Assembly: GCF_001194135.2 (NCBI RefSeq)
Contig: NC_069001.1
Location: 4,900,996-4,964,995 of the forward strand
DNA: 64,000 nucleotides
From: Octopus bimaculoides
Taxonomy: Eukaryota
Reading direction: 5' to 3'
Shown: one piece after another, positions 57,711 to 64,000 of the stretch
Layout of the letters: each line of letters begins with the position of its first letter
Position numbering within the stretch: the first letter of the stretch is position 1
Program-made: the position numbers and the translations under genes
The notes under the pieces: generated by a model
Database searches by the model: none
What the model was told of the DNA's origin: nothing
The model's input: the letters and a program-made list of their open reading frames with translations, nothing else

Positions 57711-58491
57711 GGACACTTCTCTGTCCATTGCGAATATTTATTTCTTTATTACCCACAGGGGGGCTAAACATAGAGGGGACAAACAAGGACAGACAAAGGG
57801 CTTAAGTCGATTACATCGACCCCAGTGCATAACTGGTACTTATTTAATCGACCCCTGAAAGGATGACAAGCAAAGTCGCCCTCGGCGGAATTTGAACTCA
57901 GAACCTAATGGCAGACGAAATACTGCTAAGCATTTCGTCCGGTGTGCTAACGATTCTGCCAGCTCGCTGCCCATTATTGCACATAATTCTGCATTTCCCT
58001 AAAATATAGAGCAGAACAACATAGAAGTTTGGATATGTGGCAATATGGGAGTCTCATGACCCAACTCCTGATAATTTCTCTCTGGATATAGCATCACTAT
58101 GAGTGTATGGGCCATAGCAGCCCATAGTAGGGTTTTCATTCATTACAGTAGAGGTGACCACTCGGGAGGAATGGACAGAGGAAAGGGGACGGAAAGAGGG
58201 GAAGGGGAAGAGAGAAAATTTTGGAAGTGGAAAGAGAACAACAGAAATGACACACCATTCAATGCTCTGACCTACAGAAAAAGTCTCTCAACAGATATCA
58301 TCCTACACACATCTCGCATCTCGCGTTTGCCAGTGCTCCCACTAAGGTTTGTTGATCACGTTATACAAACTAGTCTTCGTACAATTATAATTGCAACATT
58401 ACAAAAAAAAAAAAAGATAATTAACATAATAATAATAATAATAATAATTATAATAATGATGATGATGATAATGATAATAACAATAATAATA

Positions 58492-58534
<43 letters not shown>

Positions 58535-58675
58535 TGATGATAATGATGATAATAATAAAGACAAAAGAAAGACAAAAACATTGTTTTTTGAAATGGTCAA
58601 CCATTTTGATATATANNNNNNNNNNNNNNNNNNNNNNNNNNNNNNNNNNNNNNNNNNNNNNNNNNNNNNNNNNNN

Positions 58676-58763
58676 GACCCCTAAGGGTGGATGTTACTGT
58701 TGCTTTTAGCCCCAGGAGAACATCTGGGGCTAAAAGCAACAGTAACATCCACCCTTAGGGGTC
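58676..58763. repeat. Perfect 40-bp inverted repeat with an 8-nt loop
   Basis: Arms 58676-58715 and 58724-58763 are exact reverse complements; abuts an N gap. Confidence 0.95.
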
Positions 58764-59370
58764 AGCCACATTTAAATGGCAAATATACTTCACTTTATCG
58801 TGCAGTTACTGTTAACACCTCGTTCAGAGATTTAACATTGTATATATATATTTATATTTATATTTATATTCACCAAAATTTTCTTCTTTTCTCTCTTTAC
58901 ATGTACCTTATATATATATATATATATATGCGTGTGTGTTTATATCTGTATATATGTGTATGTATACATATTTATGTGTGTATATATAGGTGTCTGTATA
59001 TATGTCTGTGTGCATATATATATATATATTTATATATGTATGTATGTATTGTCAGTTGAAGCCCATGTCAATGGCTACATATCATTCTGTTTACTTAAAG
59101 CATAACATAAACCTGCAACAGATGTCATTCTACTCAAATATTGACCATCTGATGAATTGTGAGGCTTTTCACTTGAGGAAACTACAAGTAGCCATTATCG
59201 TTAGTTTCCAACCAAATCAAAGTTCTTTACTTTTAAATTGTACAGTCTTATTTGTATCTTTCATTACTACCATCAACATGTGTGTGTATATTTTATATAT
59301 ATTATGTATATACACGGAACAATTCTCAAAGAGAAACTGGACCGAGACAAATTTGGTTGCCGAGTTAAAG

Positions 59371-59516
59371 CTATTTATAACAAACTATGGGCTCCCGATA
59401 GCTTCAGAATTTTACTCTATCACGTGACCTTATTAGGGGCCGTGATTGGTCAGTTTGCGTTCTGGCGGGAACGGTTCGAAGAAGTTGCCGATTCGAATAA
59501 TAATCAGTCACGTGAT
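59371..59516 (-). promoter_or_regulatory. CpG-enriched promoter-like module: two GTCACGTGAT E-boxes (CLEAR-type), CCAAT box and TATA box
   Basis: TCACGTGAC at 59420-59428, GTCACGTGAT at 59507-59516, ATTGG at 59445-59449 and ctatttataa at 59371-59380; order fits a minus-strand TSS near 59345. Confidence 0.6.
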
Positions 59517-60879
59517 GACAAGGAATGGGTTCTCTACTACGCTCGCATTTATTTATATTTAAATGAGAAGATTGTATGTAATGGCGATAGTAGTTTGTAT
59601 CTAATGGCGGGAGGTAGTTTCACTACATATATATAAATATATTGCATACATAATATGTGTGTCTGTATATATATGTACACATGTATATATGTGTATATAT
59701 GTATGTATGAGTGAATGTGTGTATATGAGTGTTTATACCATGTATATATTATGTATGTAATACATGTATATATATGTGTGTGTGTATATATATATATATA
59801 CATAAATATCTACATACACATATGTAGGTTATGTATACCATATATATATTATTCATATTTGTGTATATGAATGTGTACATATTTTATCTGTCTATTTATG
59901 TATACATACATATTTTTCAGCATATATGTGTGTGTATGCAGTTGTTTGTTTTTAGCTGACTCCACATTAACACATATCATATTGCATTGAAATGATAAAA
60001 GAGGATCAATGTGGTGGGCAGGGTTGAAGAGGAGTACAACAATGACCTGACCTGACCTGATATTACTTCACCTAATCTCACTTGATATAAGTAAAAAAAA
60101 AAACATTTACAAAGAAATTTAAAAAAAACAATGCTGAAACAGTTTTGATGTCATCAGAATTACAACAGGGAAATGGGAGGTTTTTCCTTCTATTCTATAA
60201 TTATCTTTTACTGGTCATGCTGGGGCACTGCTGTGGAGAATTTTGTAGTCAAATGAATCAAACCCATACTTCTACAGTTGCTTTTGCTGATATGCTAGTT
60301 TACCGGGATGTAAACACACCAACACCAGTTGTCATACACAAACACAAACACACACATATGTATATATATATATGATGGGCTTCTTTTGGTTTCCGTCCTC
60401 CAAATCCACTCACAAGACTTCAGCTGGCACAAAGCTATAACAGATGCTTGCTGAAGGTGCCATGCAGTGAGACTGACCCCGGAACTATGTGGTTGGGAAG
60501 CGTACGGCTTACCACACAGCCATGTAGTAATTTTCATTGTGATGACAATGATGACAATGATGATGACAGTGTCAATGAAGAAATCACTAATGAAACCTAG
60601 AGAAAACTTCTTCCTCGTTAAAAGAACACTAATCGTAATAAATATAGGCAAGGGGCCTGAAATTTTGGGGACAGGTGACTAGTCAATTACTTTGACCCCA
60701 GAGTTTCACTGGTACTTAATTTATCGAACCCAAAAGGATGAAAGGCAAAGTTGACCTCAGCAGAATTTGAACTCAGAACGTAAAGACGGACGAAATGCCG
60801 CTAAGCATTTTGCCCGGCGTGCTAACAGTTCTACCAGCTCACTGTCTTAATAATTGAAATAATAATGATAATAATAATA

Positions 60880-61232
60880 TGGAGGTATTGTTTTCAGTTG
60901 CATTTGTTTGTTTGTACATGGACAAGATATCTCAATGGATTTGGATGATTCTGAATGGATTCAGATGAAACTTTCAGGGATGTTTGACCTAGTGACTGGC
61001 ATGAACTGATTAGATTTTGGGATCGATCCAGTACCGGACAAGGATTCTGGACTATTTTTCCATTTTTTTCTACTTAATTTTTGAGAATGGTCAGGTTCAT
61101 TTTTAGTATTCTCGTTTGTGAGAGCAGTCGAGTTTATTTCAGATATTCTCATTTTAAAAACCATCTCTGGCTAATCGTTGAGAGGATGGTACTGTTGCCT
61201 TGGTGGAGGCTTGTGCTTGCTGGGTGCTCTTC
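60880..61232 (+). mobile_element. HINE/DINE-1-like (Helentron-derived) non-autonomous element; reverse fragment at about 48905-49005
   Basis: GGAGGT...GTTTGTTTGT...GATGAAACTTTCAGGG...CCTTGGTGGAGGCTTGTGCTTGCTGGGTGCTCTTC layout. Confidence 0.55.
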
Positions 61233-61974
61233 TTATATAACTATTACCATTTCCAATTTTGGCACAAGGCCAGCAATTTTGAGGGGAGAGAGTTAGCAGA
61301 TACCTTCAATACCTGTACATGACTGGTATTTTATTTTATTGACCCTAGAAGGCTAAAAGACAAAATTGGCCAGGTCAGGATTTGAACTTAAAATGTCAAG
61401 AGATGGGAGAAATAATAACCCTTTCTACTATAGGCACAAGGCCTGAAATTTTGTGAGGAAGGGGGCTAATTGATTACATCAACCTCAGTGTTTCACTGGT
61501 ACTTAATTTATCGACCCTGAAAGAATGAAAGGCAAAATTGACCTTGGTGGAATTTGAACTCAGAACATAACAATGGGTGGAAATACCGCTAAACATTTTG
61601 TCCAGTGTGCTGATTCTGACAGCTCACTGCCTTATATGGAAGGAATAATAATAATCGTTTCAAAAACATATGTGTATATATACGCTCATACAGATACACA
61701 CTCACATGCATACATACAAATGTATATATATTTTGTATATACACATATGTATTTATAGTTGCACGCAGCTTATGTCTGCACATATACTTCAACAACCTTT
61801 AACAGTGAGAAGCACTCTAACATGCATAGCAATCTAATAGACATAACCACACTGATGCGTGTATACATTTACTCAGGAAAACATGCAATTGGTTAGTGCT
61901 TGCATATCCTGTTAGTGTTCAAAGTGCATACGTCAGATACAAACGTATAACTGATATGAGCACTATTTATATAT

Positions 61975-62030
61975 ATATATATGTGTGTGTGTGTGCTCAT
62001 GTTGTCACATATATATATATGCACATGTGG

Positions 62031-62075
<45 letters not shown>

Positions 62076-62200
62076 CATATGTGTGTGTGTGTGCTCATGT
62101 TGTCACATATATATATATGCACATGTGGTCATATATATATATATATATACACACATACATATGTGTGTGTGTGTGTGTGTTCATGTTGTCACATATATAT
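61975..62200. repeat. Compound minisatellite, three copies of a (TG)n-CTCATGTTGTCAC-(AT)n-GCACATGTGGTC-(AT)n unit
   Basis: The unit recurs with variable microsatellite lengths; a partial copy lies at about 62357-62410. Confidence 0.88.
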
Positions 62201-63403
62201 CTATATTTTTTCTACTCCAGGCACAAGGCCTGAAATTTTTGGGGAGGGGGTCAGTCAATTAGACTGATCCCATTTTGCAACTGGTACTTAATTTATTGAC
62301 CCTGAAAGGAAAAGCTGACTTCGGTGGAATTTGAACTCAGAACGTAAAGACAGATGACATATATATATCTATATATTTATATATATATATGCACATGTGG
62401 TCTTATATATATATTCTTTTATTTGTTTCAGTCATTTGACTGCAGCCATGCTGGAGCACTGCTTTTAGTCAAACAAATTGACTACTTTTTATATGGCACC
62501 AGCAACAGCAAGGTCACCAAGTGACTTGCAGGTCAAAACCCCGACCCCTTCAATGGTGGGGAGTAGTATTGAGGGACAGAAAAGGTGTCTTCTATTAGAA
62601 GAGAGATATTGCTATCTTGGATGAAGAAGAAAGAGAGGAGAGAAAGATGGTGAAGATGTGACATAAATATACCATATTCTTGGCATACAAGTCAATGTAG
62701 CAGATGGAGAAAATGAAAGCAGGCCTCAGGGAGGCTGAGTTCCTTTTGTTTGTTGAGCCTCATGGAGGCAAAGTGGCTGAGTTTCTTTCGAGTGTTGGGC
62801 CTCACGGAGGTGATGACCAAGGCCTTTGGCATTATGTTGTGCTTGAGAAGAAGACCCATCAAGCAGAGGAAAATCGCAGTCATGGCAGATACCGGTGTGA
62901 CGCAAATGGCACCTGTGATGGTGGCATATAAAAGCATCCATTACACTATCGGAGTGGTTGGTGTTAGGAAGGGCATCCAGCCATACAAAACCATGCCAAA
63001 TCAGACTGGAGCCTGGCCAGCCCTGGTCAAACCTTCTGACCCATGCCAGCATGGACAACGGACATTAACTGATGATGATGTAATGTAAACATTCAAACGT
63101 CATCACATTTCCAAAATCCTGCTTTACATTTCAGATGGAATTTTCAGTCCTCCAAGGTTGTCTTGGCATATAAGTCGACCTACAGTTTTTTTTTTTTTTG
63201 CCGCTGTAAATTTTGGTTTGAAAAACTCAACTTTTAAGCTTGTATTATTTCAATTCTCTAATGAACAGCTAACAGGAGATACTGTACATGTTTTTCTACA
63301 TGTAGACATCAGGAAGGGCATCCAGCCATAGAAACCAAACCAAAAGCAGACTGGAGCCTGGTACATCTCCCTGGTTTAACAGTTCCAGTCAAACCGTCTA
63401 ACC

Positions 63404-63895
63404 CAGTGGTTCTCAACCAGGTTCCACGTGGCCCCTGAAGGTCCATATAAAACTTTTGGAGGTCCAGGCAAAAAATAGTAAATTGGGGATCCAGAATAGT
63501 ATTTTAAGGACCCCTGAGAAAATTTTGGTTTACATGTATGTATTGCAAGAAACAACCAGGTTTCTTTCTCTAACACTTTGCAAGTTAATGTGTGAAAAAC
63601 AAAACTGGAGGTTTGAAAGAAGTATCCATAACATTAGTTTTAAAACATTAAATGGCTATGGGGCTCCTACAGAATAAAATAGTAGTCAAAGGGGTCCATA
63701 GATAAAAAATGGTTGAGAACCCCTGCATTAGATGTATGTATTGGTGATGTATTGCAAGAAACAGCTGGGTTTCTTTCTCTAACATTTTACACAGTTCAAT
63801 CTACACAACAAGTTAATGTGTGAAAAACAAAAGAGGAATTTTGAAAGAAGTTTCTATGGAACTAGTTTTTAAACATTGAATGGCTGTTGGGGGTC
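63404..63895. mobile_element. hAT-like MITE with TIRs plus a duplicated internal fragment
   Basis: CAGTGGTTCTCAACC at 63404 and GGTTGAGAACCCCTG ending at 63725; internal segment repeated at about 63750-63895; no clean TSD. Confidence 0.7.
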
Positions 63896-64000
63896 CACCA
63901 GAATTGCTTGGAGACACATGTTCAGGCATCATATAAGCATGAAACTATCAGTAGCTCTTGCAGTTGTGTATTTAAATTGATGTTTATCTCTCACTGGATG

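Noticed and set aside
62692-63088. Overlapping 75-112 aa ORFs
   Set aside because: They fall within dispersed repeat family A and its flank; no domain signal.

Overview
Eukaryotic, AT-rich, microsatellite- and SINE-dense genomic DNA with many N gaps. The repeat families and TTAGGG telomere motif point to an octopus draft assembly (inference). I reconstructed spliced genes by hand from GT/AG boundaries and codon phase. (1) NDUFB2, minus strand, 3 coding exons, 98 aa. (2) A 6-exon, 975-aa plus-strand gene with an N-terminal VWA domain and a C11orf16/VWA3B-type DUF4537 region. (3) A minus-strand CD164/porimin-like sialomucin locus at about 19.6-46.5 kb. It has two paralogous signal-peptide first exons, at least two phase-1/phase-1 Ser/Thr-rich exons, and two duplicated terminal exons (stalk + TM + tail) ending in YEQL or YEEC; one carries an expanded 24-bp repeat of N-glycosylation sequons. 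No TM exon is visible for the upstream signal-peptide exon, so a combinatorial model (alternative first, cassette and last exons) is the lead hypothesis, though an exon hidden in a gap is not excluded. Also present: a minus-oriented promoter with two CLEAR-type E-boxes at 59.4 kb, decayed Tc1/mariner elements, Penelope and R4/Dong fragments, fold-back MITEs, and a TIR element with a telomeric-repeat palindrome at its centre. No database searches were run; family assignments come from remembered motifs.
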